Shown in pieces: positions 8,845 through 20,528 of a stretch of 64,000 nt of DNA. The first letter of the stretch is position 1; each line of letters starts with the position of its first letter. A model generated the notes under the pieces. The model worked only from the letters and a program-made list of their open reading frames with translations, was not told the origin of the DNA and did not search any database. Location: positions 1,416-65,415 of the forward strand of contig CALGPK010000006.1 in NCBI GenBank assembly GCA_937960415.1. Reading direction: 5' to 3'. The stretch is from an uncultured Bacteroidales bacterium. Lineage in GTDB: Bacteria; Bacteroidota; Bacteroidia; Bacteroidales; GWA2-32-17. Position numbers and translations under genes: made by a program.

Positions 8845-8876
8845 AAAATTGTAACAAAATTGAAGTTAAAACGTTG

Positions 8877-8884
8877 TATGTTTG
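8877..8884 (+). promoter_or_regulatory. Putative -7 promoter box TATGTTTG upstream of sppA
   Basis: Exact TAnnTTTG 24 nt upstream of the ATG at 8909. The TTG start used by the ORF track (8882) lies inside this box. Confidence 0.45.
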
Positions 8885-8908
8885 ATAATTTTAAAAAACA
8901 ATAAGCCT

Positions 8909-10675
8909 ATGAAAGATTTTTTTAAGTATTTGCTAGCAACTATTACAGGTATTATTCTGGTAAATGTAATTATTTTTTTGTTGTTCTTTGCTATGATTGC
9001 TGCATTTAGTTCGGCAGAGAAGCCCAAAAAAATTGATTCTAATTCCATTCTTCACCTCAAACTTGACTATGAAATTCCTGAACGTTCGGACGACAACCCG
9101 TTTAAATTATTTTCTTCTTTCAATTTCAAAATAAAACAACAAGTAGGTTTAAACGAAATTCTATTTAACATAAAAAAAGCAGCTAGCGACTCCAACATTA
9201 AAGCAATTTATCTCGATGTTACAAGTATGAGTGCTGGATTGGCTACCATAGAAGAAATTCGTCAGGCATTGATACAATTCAGAAAAGAGAGCAAAAAACC
9301 TGTTTATGCTTATGCCGATTATTATTCACAACTAAATTATTATTTGTGCTCAGCTGCCGATAAAGTTTACTTAAATCCTCAAGGTGTTGTAGAACTTAAG
9401 GGACTGGTAAGCCAGATGATATTTCTAAAAAATATGCTCGAAAAACTTGGTGTTGAACCCATTCTAATTCGTCATGGTAAGTTTAAAAGTGCAGGCGAAA
9501 TGTTTTTGCTCGATAAGATGAGTACTGAAAACAAAGAACAAACTCTGGCTTACGTAAAATCATTGTGGGATTATATGCTTTCGGAAATATCAACTCAGCG
9601 TCAAATTCCTGTTGAACGATTAAACGTGATTGCCGATAGCTTGCTTGCAGATAATGCAGAAAATTGTTTAAAACTGGGTTTGGTTGATAAACTTTTATAT
9701 TATGATGAATTTTTAGAGGAGTTGATTAACGTTACACATCAAAAAAATGTTAACGATCTTTCATTGGTTACGTTATCAAAATATTCGAAAATACCAGCAA
9801 GGTATGAACCCGGAAAAAAAGAGAAAATAGCAGTTATTTATGCCGTTGGTCAAATAGATTTAGGCGAAAATGACGATGATCAAATAGGTGGCAACGAAAT
9901 GTCCGAAATAATTCGCGAGGTTAGAAATGACAAAAATATTAAAGCGGTTGTTATACGTGTAAACAGTCCGGGCGGTAGTGCCTTGGCATCAGAAATTATT
10001 TGGCGCGAAATAGTTCTAACAAAGAAAGTGAAACCTGTTGTTGTTAGTATGGGCGATGTGGCTGCCTCGGGTGGTTATTACATCTCTTGTCCTGCCGATG
10101 TTATTGTGGCTAATCCAACAACAATAACCGGTTCAATCGGTGTATTTGGCATTATGTGGAATGGACAAAAGTTTTTGAACGATAAACTCGGTATTACCAT
10201 CGATGGCGTCGAAACTAATTTGCATTCATCCATTGGCTCGCTTACAAGACCTATGAAGCCATACGAACAGCAAGTTATTCAGAAAAGTGTCGATAATGTT
10301 TACCATGTTTTTATAAATCGTGTAGCCGATGGACGTGGTAAAAGTGTACAGGAAGTGGATAGTTTAGGTCAGGGTAGGGTGTGGACTGCATTGCATGCCA
10401 AAGAATTGGGATTAGTAGACGAGTTAGGTGGTTTAGAACTTGCCATAGAAATGGCAAAACAAAGAGCCAATATAACCGGGAAGGCTCGTATCGTAGAATA
10501 CCCCAAAAAAGAAACTTTCATCGAAAAGCTTTTGAAACAGATGGAAGAGAATGCACGTACAAAAATTCTTGAAAAACAGTTTGGCTCATGGAGTAAAATA
10601 TTAAAAACATTGAAAAGTGTAGAACATTGGAATGGTGTTCAGGCACGCTTACCATACGATATATATTTTGAGTAA
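8909..10675 (+). CDS. sppA: Signal peptide peptidase SppA, 67K type (tandem S49 domains)
   Basis: N-terminal TM anchor (LLATITGIILVNVIIFLLFFAMIAAF). Two ClpP/S49-like halves are present. The second carries the catalytic-serine motif GDVAASGGYYISCPAD. Confidence 0.9.
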   Translation: MKDFFKYLLATITGIILVNVIIFLLFFAMIAAFSSAEKPKKIDSNSILHLKLDYEIPERSDDNPFKLFSSFNFKIKQQVGLNEILFNIKKAASDSNIKAIYLDVTSMSAGLATIEEIRQALIQFRKESKKPVYAYADYYSQLNYYLCSAADKVYLNPQGVVELKGLVSQMIFLKNMLEKLGVEPILIRHGKFKSAGEMFLLDKMSTENKEQTLAYVKSLWDYMLSEISTQRQIPVERLNVIADSLLADNAENCLKLGLVDKLLYYDEFLEELINVTHQKNVNDLSLVTLSKYSKIPARYEPGKKEKIAVIYAVGQIDLGENDDDQIGGNEMSEIIREVRNDKNIKAVVIRVNSPGGSALASEIIWREIVLTKKVKPVVVSMGDVAASGGYYISCPADVIVANPTTITGSIGVFGIMWNGQKFLNDKLGITIDGVETNLHSSIGSLTRPMKPYEQQVIQKSVDNVYHVFINRVADGRGKSVQEVDSLGQGRVWTALHAKELGLVDELGGLELAIEMAKQRANITGKARIVEYPKKETFIEKLLKQMEENARTKILEKQFGSWSKILKTLKSVEHWNGVQARLPYDIYFE

Positions 10676-10694
10676 GACATTATTATACAAAAAC

Positions 10695-13049
10695 ATGAAA
10701 AAAATAGTTCCGTTTAGCTTTTTTACTATTTTAAGTTTGTTTGTCTTTGCACAGCGTTACACTATAAGCGGTTATGTAAGCGACCAAAAAACAAGCGAAA
10801 AGTTGATAGGTGCATCGGTGTACGATACTATTAGCAAACGAGGCACCATCACCAATGCTTACGGCTTTTACAGTTTAACCTTGCCCGAAGGCAAAGCAGT
10901 ATTGATTTTTTCGTATGTAGGTTATTCACCCATATTGTGGGAGGTAGATGTTAATTCTACTATTAATAAAAATGTTTTACTAAATCCTACTATCCAACTC
11001 GATGAAATTGTGGTTGTAGGACAACGTGAAAATCGTCAGGTAGAAACGACACAGATGAGCCTGGCACAAATTCCGGTTCAGACCATTAAGCAATTGCCAG
11101 TGTTTTTTTCCGAAACCGATATACTCAAAACCATACAATTATTGCCGGGAGTTCAATCGGGAGGTGAGGGAACATCTGGTCTTTATGTGCGGGGTGGTGG
11201 TCCCGATCAAAACCTCATTTTGCTCGATGGTGTGCCGGTTTATAATTGCGATCATTTGTTTGGCTTTTTTTCGGTGTTCAATGCCGATGCTATAAACAAT
11301 ATTACACTAATTAAGGGCGGTTTTCCCGCACGTTATGGTGGTCGTTTGTCGTCTGTTCTTGATATTCGGATGAAAGATGGCAATTTGAACGAGCATCACA
11401 AAAATTTTTCTATCGGGCTTATTTCTTCTAAAATAATGCTCGAGGGTCCCATAAAGAAGCAAAAATCGTCGTATCTGGTTTCAGCGCGTCGGACGTATAT
11501 CGATGTATTAGCACAACCTTTTATGCAGACAGCAACTAATGTTGGTACATCAGGTTATTATTTTTACGATTTTAATTCTAAATTCAATTATATTTTTAGC
11601 GATACCAATAGAGTTTATCTGAGTGTTTATGTGGGAAATGACAAAGCCTATTCGCGATACAAAGATAGTTATTACGATGACACAAACAAATACGAAGAAA
11701 AAATGAAAGCAGGAATAGGTTGGGGTAATATTATTACTGTTTTACGTTGGAATCATCTGTTCACTCCAAAACTTTTTGCTAATTTAACCACAACATTTAG
11801 CCGTTACAGGTTTAATGTGGGTTTTCAAAACAAACAAACAACAAATTCTCAACAAACAGAAGAATATTCGTTAAAATATTTTTCAGGAATACACGATTTT
11901 TCGGCTAAAATAGATTTCGACTACCGTCCAAAACCAAACCATAATATTTTATTTGGGACTTCTGCAACATATCATACCTTTTCGCCCGGTATAAACGTAT
12001 TTAAGGTTAACACCATTTACGGCGATAAACTGGATACAACGTTTGGTGGTAAAAACATATATGCTACAGAGGTAAGTTCGTTTGTCGAAGATGATATTAG
12101 TTTAAATGCTATGTTTAAAGCCAATGTAGGAATACATCATAGTTTGTTCTTTGTTCGAAACGAATGGTATTCTAATATTGAACCTCGTTTGTCGGTTCGT
12201 TATTTATTTCACGAAAAATGGTCTTTAAAAGCTGCTTATAGTATCATGAATCAATACATTCACTTGTTAACCAATAGCGGTATAGGTTTGCCAACCGATT
12301 TGTGGCTACCGGTAACCGATAAAATTAAACCGCAGCATTCTGTTCAATATGCACTTGGAATATATTCTTCCATAATCTCGGGTTTCGATATGAGCATCGA
12401 AGGTTATTATAAAACCATGCAAAATATTATTGAATATAAAGAAGGTGCAAGCTTTTTTATGCAGGGTTCGTCGTGGGAAGATAAAATAACAATGGGTAAT
12501 GGATGGGCTTATGGTTCAGAATTTTTTATTAAAAAAAATAAAGGAAAAACTACCGGATGGATAGGTTATACATTGTCATGGTCGTGGCGGAAGTTCGACG
12601 ATCTGAATTTTGGCAAGAAGTTTCCGTATCGCTACGATAGACGACACGATATTAGCATTGCTGCAACACACCAGTTCAGCGAACGTTTCGACATTGGTAT
12701 AGTTTGGGTTTATGGCACAGGTAATTCTATTTCGCTGCCAATAGAACATTATCCAGCACATGAATTTTTAATTGGCGAGCATTATTATTTCGATGATATG
12801 CCATCGGTACAATATTACAATGGTAGAAATGGTTTTCGAATGCCGGCATATCACCGTTTAGATTTAAGTTTTAACATGCACAAAAAAAGAAAGTATTATT
12901 TGCGAACCTGGACCATAGGGGTGTATAATGCATATAACCGAAAAAATCCTTATTATCTTTATTTTAAACACGATAATAATCAAAAACGTCTTACGCAAAT
13001 TAGCTTATTTCCCATTATTCCCTCGTTTTCATATAGTATGAATTTTTAA
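10695..13049 (+). CDS. TonB-dependent receptor with N-terminal CarboxypepD_reg-like domain
   Basis: Signal peptide from the ATG at 10695 (MKKIVPFSFFTILSLFVFAQ). CarboxypepD_reg-like YTISGYVSD...GASVY is present. Plug motifs are DILKTIQLLPGVQSGGEGTSGLYVRGGGPDQNLILLDGVPVYN. A long beta-barrel ends in an aromatic residue (SYSMNF). Confidence 0.88.
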   Translation: MKKIVPFSFFTILSLFVFAQRYTISGYVSDQKTSEKLIGASVYDTISKRGTITNAYGFYSLTLPEGKAVLIFSYVGYSPILWEVDVNSTINKNVLLNPTIQLDEIVVVGQRENRQVETTQMSLAQIPVQTIKQLPVFFSETDILKTIQLLPGVQSGGEGTSGLYVRGGGPDQNLILLDGVPVYNCDHLFGFFSVFNADAINNITLIKGGFPARYGGRLSSVLDIRMKDGNLNEHHKNFSIGLISSKIMLEGPIKKQKSSYLVSARRTYIDVLAQPFMQTATNVGTSGYYFYDFNSKFNYIFSDTNRVYLSVYVGNDKAYSRYKDSYYDDTNKYEEKMKAGIGWGNIITVLRWNHLFTPKLFANLTTTFSRYRFNVGFQNKQTTNSQQTEEYSLKYFSGIHDFSAKIDFDYRPKPNHNILFGTSATYHTFSPGINVFKVNTIYGDKLDTTFGGKNIYATEVSSFVEDDISLNAMFKANVGIHHSLFFVRNEWYSNIEPRLSVRYLFHEKWSLKAAYSIMNQYIHLLTNSGIGLPTDLWLPVTDKIKPQHSVQYALGIYSSIISGFDMSIEGYYKTMQNIIEYKEGASFFMQGSSWEDKITMGNGWAYGSEFFIKKNKGKTTGWIGYTLSWSWRKFDDLNFGKKFPYRYDRRHDISIAATHQFSERFDIGIVWVYGTGNSISLPIEHYPAHEFLIGEHYYFDDMPSVQYYNGRNGFRMPAYHRLDLSFNMHKKRKYYLRTWTIGVYNAYNRKNPYYLYFKHDNNQKRLTQISLFPIIPSFSYSMNF

Positions 13050-13061
13050 AATATAAATCTT

Positions 13062-13931
13062 ATGGTAAATCAAGTATATAGAAAAAACATCTACAAAAAA
13101 TCCTCATCGATAGTTACTTTGTTTGCAATTTTGTTGTTAGTATTATCGTGCGAAAAATATCTTGACATGGAAATAACTGACACAGGACGAAAACCGGTAG
13201 TAAATGCCGTTTTTATTGCCGATACATTTCCCGTTGTCAAAGTTTTTGAAAGTAAACATATTCTGGATAATACACATTATAAAAATATATCCAATGCACA
13301 GGTCAATATTATCGTTGATGGACAACCTTGGAGCTTAACCTACGATACAATTAAAAGAATTTATACAGATACCTCTTTGCGAATTAGTTCTCAATCGAAC
13401 GTCATAGTCAATGTTGATACGTATCTTGGAAAAGCAGAAGGCACTACAACCGTACCCATCCATGTTCCTATTCTCTCGTGCGATACTTTTCCGCATTTCG
13501 ACAAAAATGGTAATTATGATGGCGTTGAATTACGACTCCGATTTAAAGACATTGCCAATGTGCATAACTATTACATGATAACGTTTCATTCAAATTCGTT
13601 GTATCCAACCTTTGACGCCTATAACGAGCCCGGACTGGAATATATTAATGAAAAGATTTTTTTAGATGATTTTGCATTTGATGGTAAAATAAAAACACTG
13701 AAATTCTTTGTTTATCGATATGCCGGAAAATATATGAATTACAATGGAATAATTGAGTTTTATTTATTTCATTTAGACGAATCGTTATATAAGTATCAAC
13801 TTTCTTTGCAAAAGCAAATAAACACAGGCAACTCACCATTTAGCGAACCCGTTATGGTATACAACAATATAAAAAATGGATACGGTATTTGTGGCTCGGC
13901 AAGTTATTTCAAATTTAAGCTAGAACTATAA
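13062..13931 (+). CDS. Lipoprotein, DUF4249-like partner of the TonB-dependent receptor
   Basis: 289 aa with a lipoprotein signal (LLLVLSC). It lies 12 nt downstream of a CarboxypepD_reg-type receptor, the usual context of DUF4249 proteins. The family name is from memory and unverified. Confidence 0.55.
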   Translation: MVNQVYRKNIYKKSSSIVTLFAILLLVLSCEKYLDMEITDTGRKPVVNAVFIADTFPVVKVFESKHILDNTHYKNISNAQVNIIVDGQPWSLTYDTIKRIYTDTSLRISSQSNVIVNVDTYLGKAEGTTTVPIHVPILSCDTFPHFDKNGNYDGVELRLRFKDIANVHNYYMITFHSNSLYPTFDAYNEPGLEYINEKIFLDDFAFDGKIKTLKFFVYRYAGKYMNYNGIIEFYLFHLDESLYKYQLSLQKQINTGNSPFSEPVMVYNNIKNGYGICGSASYFKFKLEL

Positions 13932-14026
13932 AACTTTATCCTTACTACATCTTAACTATTTCAAAAAAAATCCACCATTTTTTAAAAAAATAGTCTGATA
14001 GTGTTGTAATTAAAAAAATATTGTTG

Positions 14027-14034
14027 TACTTTTG
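14027..14034 (+). promoter_or_regulatory. Putative -7 promoter box TACTTTTG (with TTG 20 nt upstream) for the rpsL superoperon
   Basis: The sequence is GTGTTGTAATTAAAAAAATATTGTTGTACTTTTGCAGTCCATTTT. It has an exact TAnnTTTG, a TTG at 14004-14006, and a 35-nt leader to the rpsL ATG. Confidence 0.55.
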
Positions 14035-14069
14035 CAGTCCATTTTAAAAACTTTAATTAAACTTGAAAT

Positions 14070-14468
14070 ATGCCAACAATACAACAATTGGTGCGTAAAG
14101 GACGCCAAAAAGTACAGGTAAAAAGCAAATCAAGGGCTTTAGACTCGTGCCCTCAACGAAGAGGCGTATGTACTCGTGTTTACACTACAACACCTAAAAA
14201 GCCGAACTCGGCTATGCGTAAAGTCGCAAAAGTTCGTCTTACCAATCAACAGGAAGTTATTGCTTACATTCCAGGCGAAGGACACAATTTACAAGAACAC
14301 TCTATTGTACTGGTAAGAGGCGGTCGTGTAAAAGATTTACCAGGTGTTCGTTACCATATTATTCGCGGAGCACTTGATACTGCCGGAGTGGAAGGACGTA
14401 AACAAGGACGTTCACTTTATGGTGCCAAACGTCCCAAGAAAACAGCTGCAGCACAAGCTAAAAAATAG
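14070..14468 (+). CDS. rpsL: 30S ribosomal protein S12 (uS12)
   Basis: [12 protein letters not shown]... and [18 protein letters not shown] signatures. First gene of the str operon. Confidence 0.98.
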   Translation: MPTIQQLVRKGRQKVQVKSKSRALDSCPQRRGVCTRVYTTTPKKPNSAMRKVAKVRLTNQQEVIAYIPGEGHNLQEHSIVLVRGGRVKDLPGVRYHIIRGALDTAGVEGRKQGRSLYGAKRPKKTAAAQAKK

Positions 14469-14495
14469 TATAAATAGTAAAATATAGGTAAGTAT

Positions 14496-14972
14496 ATGAG
14501 AAAATCGAGAGCAAAACGCAGAATATTAACACCCGATTACAAATACAACGACGTGTTGGTAACACGCTTTGTTAATAACCTGATGTTGCGTGGCAAAAAA
14601 CAAAAAGCGTTTAATATATTTTACGAAGCTATTAATATGCTCGAAAAGAAAGCTAAGGAAGCCGGTTTAGAGCCCTTAGACTACTGGAAAAAAGCTTTGG
14701 AAAATGTAACTCCACAAGTAGAAGTAAAAAGCCGTCGTATAGGTGGTGCTACGTTCCAGGTCCCTACCGAAATTCGCCCCGATCGAAAAATTACACTCTC
14801 TATGAAAAACATTATTCAGTATGCTCGTAAACGCAGTGGAAGAAGTATGTCCGAAAAACTTGCTGCAGAAATCATCGCTGCATACAATAACGAAGGTGGC
14901 GCTTTCAAGCGTAAAGAAGAAATACATCGTATGGCCGAAGCAAACAAAGCGTTCTCACACTTCCGATTTTAA
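14496..14972 (+). CDS. rpsG: 30S ribosomal protein S7 (uS7)
   Basis: 158 aa. [20 protein letters not shown] and C-terminal NKAFSHFRF are typical of uS7. It lies between rpsL and fusA. Confidence 0.97.
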   Translation: MRKSRAKRRILTPDYKYNDVLVTRFVNNLMLRGKKQKAFNIFYEAINMLEKKAKEAGLEPLDYWKKALENVTPQVEVKSRRIGGATFQVPTEIRPDRKITLSMKNIIQYARKRSGRSMSEKLAAEIIAAYNNEGGAFKRKEEIHRMAEANKAFSHFRF

Positions 14973-14988
14973 AGTTTTTTAAATATTT

Positions 14989-17097
14989 ATGGCAAAAGAC
15001 CTCTCACATATTCGCAATATAGGCATCATGGCTCATATCGACGCTGGTAAGACTACTACCACCGAGCGTATCCTATATTATACAGGAATCAATCATCGCA
15101 TGGGAGAGGTGCACGAAGGCACAGCCACTATGGACTGGATGGTGCAAGAGCAGGAGAGGGGTATAACCATCACATCGGCTGCAACTACTACCTATTGGAA
15201 ATATCGAAATAAAGAATACAAAATAAATATTATCGACACACCAGGACACGTTGATTTTACAGTAGAAGTAGAGCGTTCGTTAAGAGTTCTTGATGGAGCA
15301 ATAGCTGTTTTTTGTGCGGTTGGTGGTGTCGAACCGCAATCCGAAACAGTATGGCGTCAGGCAAATAAATATCATGTACCGCGTATTGCTTTTGTAAACA
15401 AATTAGATAGGGTTGGCTCCGATTTTTTTGGAGTTATTCAACAAATGCAAAATAAGATTAAAGCCAATCCAATACCTGTTCAAATTCCACTCGGTACAGA
15501 AGATTCATTTAGAGGCGTTATCGATTTAATTAAGAAGAAAGCCATAGTATGGGACGATGATTCGCTTGGAGCCGAATATCATATTATCGATATTCCTACC
15601 GAACAAATAGATTTGTTTCATGAATGGAGAGATTATTTACTCGAAAAGACAGCCGAGCTCGACGATAAATTGTTAGAAAAATATTTAACCGATAAAAATC
15701 TTATTACCGAAGATGAATTGTATTCGGTTCTCAGACAATCTACCATTCAATTAAAAGCTGTGCCTGTATTATGCGGCGCTGCATTTAAAAATAAAGGAAT
15801 TCAAACATTGCTCGATGCCATAGTTTCCTATTTGCCAAGCCCACAGGAAATACCTGCAATAGTAGGCATTAATCCTGTTATTCATAAGGAAACAAAACGT
15901 AACCCTAGTACCGATGAGCCATTCACGGCATTGGTATTCAAAATAGCTACCGACTCTTTTGTCGGTCGTTTGGTGTATTTACGTGTTTACTCTGGTTCGT
16001 TAAAGAGTGGCGAGCAAGTTTACAATCCTCGCACACAGCGAAAAGAGAGAATAACGCGTATTTTTCGTATGCATGCCAATAAACAAAATCCTATCGACGA
16101 GGTTGAAGCAGGCGATATTTGCGCAGTTGTTGGCTTAAAAGATGTACGTACAGGCGATACCGTTTGCGACGAAAAGCATCCTATTTATTTAGAAAGTATC
16201 GAATTCCCTGAGCCAGTTATTGGTCTGGCAATTGAGCCTGTTAATCAAGCCGATATCGAAAAACTCAATAATACATTATTAAAATTTGCTGAAGAAGATC
16301 CCACTTTTACCGTTAAAAATGACGAAAATACCGGGCAAACAACTATTCACGGTATGGGTGAGCTTCATCTCGACATTGTGCTCGATCGTTTAAAACGTGA
16401 ATACAACATTCCTGTAAATAAAGGCAATCCGATGGTTGCTTATAAAGAAGCATTTATTAGCTCTGTAACTCACACCGAAACACTTAAAAAGCAAATAGCG
16501 GGCAAAAACAAATTTGCAGAAATAAGTATCACCATTGGTCCTACCGAAAACAAAAAAGTAGGACTCGATTTTGTCTCAGAAATTCAAGATAAATCTTTTC
16601 CTTCGGAATATATTAAAGCTGTAGAGCGTGCTTTAAAAATGGCTATGCTCAATGGTCCCCTAGCAAGTTATCCAATTGAAAGTATGAAAGCTGTTTTGCA
16701 TCAAGCTTCTTTTATACAAGGCGAATCCGATGCAACAGCATTCGAAATAGTTGCAAATTTAGCATTCAGAAATATAGGTCAAAAAATTCAAGCTACTTTA
16801 CTCGAACCCATTATGAAGCTCGAAGTGGTTACTCCCGAAGATTATGTAGGCGAAGTGTTGAGCGATATTAATCGTCGTAGAGGTATTGTGATCGATACAG
16901 AATCGAAATTAGGTGCCAGAGTTATCAATGCTCATGTGCCTTTATCGGAGATGTTTGGTTATGTTACTATTTTAAGAACATTAACTTCGGGCAGAGCATC
17001 CTCTACAATGGAATTTTCGCATTATGAAGCCCTACCGTTGCCAATGGCAGCAGAAATAGTAAAGAAAGTTACCGGCAAACAATTAGTAATAAACTAA
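14989..17097 (+). CDS. fusA: Elongation factor G
   Basis: 702 aa. GTPase motifs [23 protein letters not shown] and NKLDR are present. Position in the str operon fits. Confidence 0.98.
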   Translation: MAKDLSHIRNIGIMAHIDAGKTTTTERILYYTGINHRMGEVHEGTATMDWMVQEQERGITITSAATTTYWKYRNKEYKINIIDTPGHVDFTVEVERSLRVLDGAIAVFCAVGGVEPQSETVWRQANKYHVPRIAFVNKLDRVGSDFFGVIQQMQNKIKANPIPVQIPLGTEDSFRGVIDLIKKKAIVWDDDSLGAEYHIIDIPTEQIDLFHEWRDYLLEKTAELDDKLLEKYLTDKNLITEDELYSVLRQSTIQLKAVPVLCGAAFKNKGIQTLLDAIVSYLPSPQEIPAIVGINPVIHKETKRNPSTDEPFTALVFKIATDSFVGRLVYLRVYSGSLKSGEQVYNPRTQRKERITRIFRMHANKQNPIDEVEAGDICAVVGLKDVRTGDTVCDEKHPIYLESIEFPEPVIGLAIEPVNQADIEKLNNTLLKFAEEDPTFTVKNDENTGQTTIHGMGELHLDIVLDRLKREYNIPVNKGNPMVAYKEAFISSVTHTETLKKQIAGKNKFAEISITIGPTENKKVGLDFVSEIQDKSFPSEYIKAVERALKMAMLNGPLASYPIESMKAVLHQASFIQGESDATAFEIVANLAFRNIGQKIQATLLEPIMKLEVVTPEDYVGEVLSDINRRRGIVIDTESKLGARVINAHVPLSEMFGYVTILRTLTSGRASSTMEFSHYEALPLPMAAEIVKKVTGKQLVIN

Positions 17098-17100
17098 AAT

Positions 17101-17409
17101 ATGAACCAGAAAATTAGAATAAAATTAAAATCTTACGACCACAACTTGGTTGACAAGTCGTCAGAAAAAATTGTAAAGACAGTTAAAACTACAGGTGCTG
17201 TTGTACGTGGTCCTATTCCCTTGCCTACTCATAAAAGAATTTTTACAGTAAACCGCTCTACTTTTGTGCACAAAAAATCACGCGAACAATTTCAGCTTTG
17301 CTCACACAAGCGTTTATTAGACATTTACAGCACCAATGCAAAAACCATCGATGCATTAATGAAATTAGAATTACCAAGTGGCGTGGATGTAGAAATTAAA
17401 GTATTATAA
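17101..17409 (+). CDS. rpsJ: 30S ribosomal protein S10 (uS10)
   Basis: 102 aa. [17 protein letters not shown]...RGPIPLPT are uS10 signatures. It follows fusA directly with no tuf in between, as in Bacteroidota. Confidence 0.97.
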   Translation: MNQKIRIKLKSYDHNLVDKSSEKIVKTVKTTGAVVRGPIPLPTHKRIFTVNRSTFVHKKSREQFQLCSHKRLLDIYSTNAKTIDALMKLELPSGVDVEIKVL

Positions 17410-17428
17410 ACATTAAAAAACACAAAAA

Positions 17429-18046
17429 ATGGCTGGACTACTGGGTAAAAAAATCGGAATGACTTCGATTTTCAGTGCTGATGGTAAAAATATACCATGC
17501 ACTGTTTTACAAGTCGGTCCCTGTGTGGTTACACAGGTCAAAACTATGGAAAAAGACGGTTACAATGCTTTACAATTATCATTCGACGAAGCCAAAGAGA
17601 AAAACACACCAAAACCTTTGCTAGGACATTTCAAAAAAGCCAATACTACACCCAAGCGTTTTGTTAAAGAAATTAAGGGTTTTAATGGCGATTTTAAGCT
17701 GGGCGATGTAATTACTGCAGATATTTTTACCGAAGATAGATATGTTGATGTTACCGGATTTTCCAAAGGAAAAGGATTTCAGGGTGTTGTTAAACGTCAT
17801 GGCTTTAGCGGTGTTGGAGGACAAACTCACGGTCAGCATAACCGTTTAAGAGCACCGGGTTCGTTGGGGGCAAGTTCATTCCCTTCAAGAGTATTAAAAG
17901 GAATGCGAATGGCAGGAAGAACCGGTAACAAAAAGGTGAAAATCCTGAATATGGAAATAGTTAAGCTATTTCCCGAACAAAATTTATTAGTAGTTAAAGG
18001 TTCTGTTCCAGGACCTAAAGGTTCGTACATAATAGTTGAAAAATAA
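17429..18046 (+). CDS. rplC: 50S ribosomal protein L3 (uL3)
   Basis: 205 aa. [13 protein letters not shown] start and [13 protein letters not shown] motif. Confidence 0.97.
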   Translation: MAGLLGKKIGMTSIFSADGKNIPCTVLQVGPCVVTQVKTMEKDGYNALQLSFDEAKEKNTPKPLLGHFKKANTTPKRFVKEIKGFNGDFKLGDVITADIFTEDRYVDVTGFSKGKGFQGVVKRHGFSGVGGQTHGQHNRLRAPGSLGASSFPSRVLKGMRMAGRTGNKKVKILNMEIVKLFPEQNLLVVKGSVPGPKGSYIIVEK

Positions 18047-18675
18047 TGGAACTGAAAGTATTCAATATCGAAGGTAAGGAAGTTGGCAGCGTTATGTTAA
18101 ACGACGCCATCTTTGGCATTGAGCCCAATGCTCATGCTATGTATCTAGATGTTAAAGCCATCATGGCTAACAGAAGACAAGGTACGCACAAAACAAAGCA
18201 ACGCAATGAAGTTGCTGGAAGTACCAAAAAAATAAAGCGACAAAAAGGTACAGGTGGAGCGCGTGCTGGTAGCATTAAATCGCCTACTATTATTGGAGGA
18301 GGTCGTGTTTTTGGACCAGTGCCCAGAGATTACAACATGAAGATTAATAAAAAGGTGAAAATTCTAGCTCGCAAATCAGCACTATCCACTAAGGCAAAAG
18401 AAAATGCAATCATTATCCTTAATTCTGTGGATTTTGAGCAACCAAAAACGAAGCAAATAATAGAAATGAAAAAAAATTTACAAATTTTGGATAAAAAAAT
18501 GTTGCTCGTAGTAAACGAATTAAAAAATAATGTATATTTGTCAACTCGAAATTTAACATGTTCTAAAGTTGTAACAGCCTCTCAGCTAAATACTTACGAC
18601 ATTTTAGATGCGAAAGTTTTAGCAATCGAAGAGAGTGCACTTGCAGTTTTAGAACAAAATTTATTAAAGGAGTAA
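18046..18675 (+). CDS. rplD: 50S ribosomal protein L4 (uL4)
   Basis: 209 aa. KQKGTGGARAGSIKSP motif. Its start overlaps the rplC stop by 1 nt. Confidence 0.95.
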   Translation: MELKVFNIEGKEVGSVMLNDAIFGIEPNAHAMYLDVKAIMANRRQGTHKTKQRNEVAGSTKKIKRQKGTGGARAGSIKSPTIIGGGRVFGPVPRDYNMKINKKVKILARKSALSTKAKENAIIILNSVDFEQPKTKQIIEMKKNLQILDKKMLLVVNELKNNVYLSTRNLTCSKVVTASQLNTYDILDAKVLAIEESALAVLEQNLLKE

Positions 18676-18679
18676 AATA

Positions 18680-18970
18680 ATGGATATTATCGTTAGACCA
18701 TTAGTTACAGAAAAAATGAATCAACAAGGCAATACGTTGAATAAGTATGGCTTTGTGGTTCGTAAAGAAGCAAGCAAGCAACAAATTAAGCGTGAGGTTG
18801 AAAAATTATATGGTGTTAAAGTAATTGAAATAAACACTATGATTCAACGCGGTAAACGAGTATCTCGTTTTACAAAGTCTGGCTTATTAAGAGGCCGTAA
18901 AAGTGCTTACAAAAAAGCCATTGTAACTTTAGAAAAAGGTCAGATTATTGATTTTTATAGCAATATTTAA
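18680..18970 (+). CDS. rplW: 50S ribosomal protein L23 (uL23)
   Basis: 96 aa. IVRPLVTEK start and KKAIVTL near the C-terminus. S10-operon order fits. Confidence 0.95.
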   Translation: MDIIVRPLVTEKMNQQGNTLNKYGFVVRKEASKQQIKREVEKLYGVKVIEINTMIQRGKRVSRFTKSGLLRGRKSAYKKAIVTLEKGQIIDFYSNI

Positions 18971-18975
18971 GGCAC

Positions 18976-19800
18976 ATGGCAATTAGAAAATTAAAACCCG
19001 TAACACCGGGACAGCGATTCAGAGCAATAAGCTCGTTTGAGGAGATCACAAAAACAACTCCCGAAAAGAGCCTTATCGAACCTTTGAAGAAAACGGGAGG
19101 TAGAAATAACACCGGTAAAATGACCATGCGTTACATCGGTGGTGGTCATAAACGTTTTTATCGTATCATCGATTTCCGTCGCGATAAGGACAATATACCG
19201 GCCGTAGTAAAATCTATCGAATACGACCCTAACCGAAGCGCACGTATAGCCTTAGTTGTTTATAAAGATGGTGAAAAACGCTATATTATTGCACCACAAG
19301 ACTTAAAAGTTGGACAGGTAATTCAATCAGGTAAAAATGTTGCACCAGAAATTGGCAATACTCTATTTTTATCTGATATTCCTCTAGGAACTAACATTCA
19401 TAATATCGAATTGCATCCTGGTCAGGGTGGTGTTATTGCTCGTAGTGCTGGTTCTTTTGCTACTTTACTTTCAAGAGAGGGACGTTATGCAATTTTAAAA
19501 ATGCCTTCGGGCGAAACCCGAAAAGTATTGGTTAATTGCCGTGCTACAATTGGTATGGTGTCCAATCCCGACCATTTCCTCGAAATGAGCGGTAAGGCAG
19601 GTCGTAGTCGCTGGTTAGGTCGCAGACCCAGAACTCGTGGTGTGGCAATGAACCCCGTTGACCATCCTATGGGAGGTGGCGAAGGGAAAGCTTCTGGTGG
19701 TCACCCAAGGAGCCGTAAGGGTTTGTATGCCAAAGGAAAGAAGACACGTCGCAAAAAGAATCCTACCAGCAAGTTTATTGTTGAACGTCGTAAAAAATAA
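18976..19800 (+). CDS. rplB: 50S ribosomal protein L2 (uL2)
   Basis: 274 aa. [21 protein letters not shown] and a basic C-terminus. Confidence 0.98.
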   Translation: MAIRKLKPVTPGQRFRAISSFEEITKTTPEKSLIEPLKKTGGRNNTGKMTMRYIGGGHKRFYRIIDFRRDKDNIPAVVKSIEYDPNRSARIALVVYKDGEKRYIIAPQDLKVGQVIQSGKNVAPEIGNTLFLSDIPLGTNIHNIELHPGQGGVIARSAGSFATLLSREGRYAILKMPSGETRKVLVNCRATIGMVSNPDHFLEMSGKAGRSRWLGRRPRTRGVAMNPVDHPMGGGEGKASGGHPRSRKGLYAKGKKTRRKKNPTSKFIVERRKK

Positions 19801-19806
19801 TCAACT

Positions 19807-20079
19807 ATGAGTAGATCGCTTAAAAAAGGACCATATATTCATTACAAGCTCGAACGTAAAGTGTTGAAAATGCAGGAAAGCGGAAAACGCCAGCCCATTA
19901 AAACATGGTCGCGTGCATCGGTTATTTCACCCGATTTTGTTGGACTTACCATTAATGTTCATAACGGCAACAAATTTATACCAGTATATATTACCGAAAA
20001 TATGGTAGGGCATAAATTAGGCGAGTTCGCACCTACTCGTATTTTCAGAGGTCATGCTGGAAATAAAAAGAATAAGTAA
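19807..20079 (+). CDS. rpsS: 30S ribosomal protein S19 (uS19)
   Basis: 90 aa. SRSLKKGPY start and [23 protein letters not shown] motif. Confidence 0.97.
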   Translation: MSRSLKKGPYIHYKLERKVLKMQESGKRQPIKTWSRASVISPDFVGLTINVHNGNKFIPVYITENMVGHKLGEFAPTRIFRGHAGNKKNK

Positions 20080-20102
20080 CCAATAAAGCATCGTATTATA
20101 TT

Positions 20103-20528
20103 ATGGGTTCAAGGAAAAGAATATCGGCCGAAGCCCGAAAAGAAGAAAAAAGAAATATGGTGATGGCACGTTTGCACAATCATCCAACATCACCACGTAA
20201 AATGCGTTTAATTGCAGATTTAATTAGAGGTGTTGACGTTAAACATGCATTAGATATACTTAAATATTGCGAAAAAGCACAGGCTAAAACATTAGAAAAG
20301 CTTTTACTCTCGGCAATAGCTAACTGGCAGGTTAAAAACGAAGGTGTACGTATCGAAGACGCTAACCTGTATGTTAAAGAAATTTATGTAGATTCGGCCA
20401 GCATGCTAAAACGTTTAAGACCCGCACCACAAGGTAGAGCTTATCGAATTCGCAAACGCTCCAATCATGTTACACTTATTCTAGGCAGTAAAATAAACCA
20501 AAGTCAAACTCAAAATCTGGAAGCTTAA
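20103..20528 (+). CDS. rplV: 50S ribosomal protein L22 (uL22)
   Basis: 141 aa. [14 protein letters not shown] and [14 protein letters not shown] motifs. Confidence 0.95.
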   Translation: MGSRKRISAEARKEEKRNMVMARLHNHPTSPRKMRLIADLIRGVDVKHALDILKYCEKAQAKTLEKLLLSAIANWQVKNEGVRIEDANLYVKEIYVDSASMLKRLRPAPQGRAYRIRKRSNHVTLILGSKINQSQTQNLEA

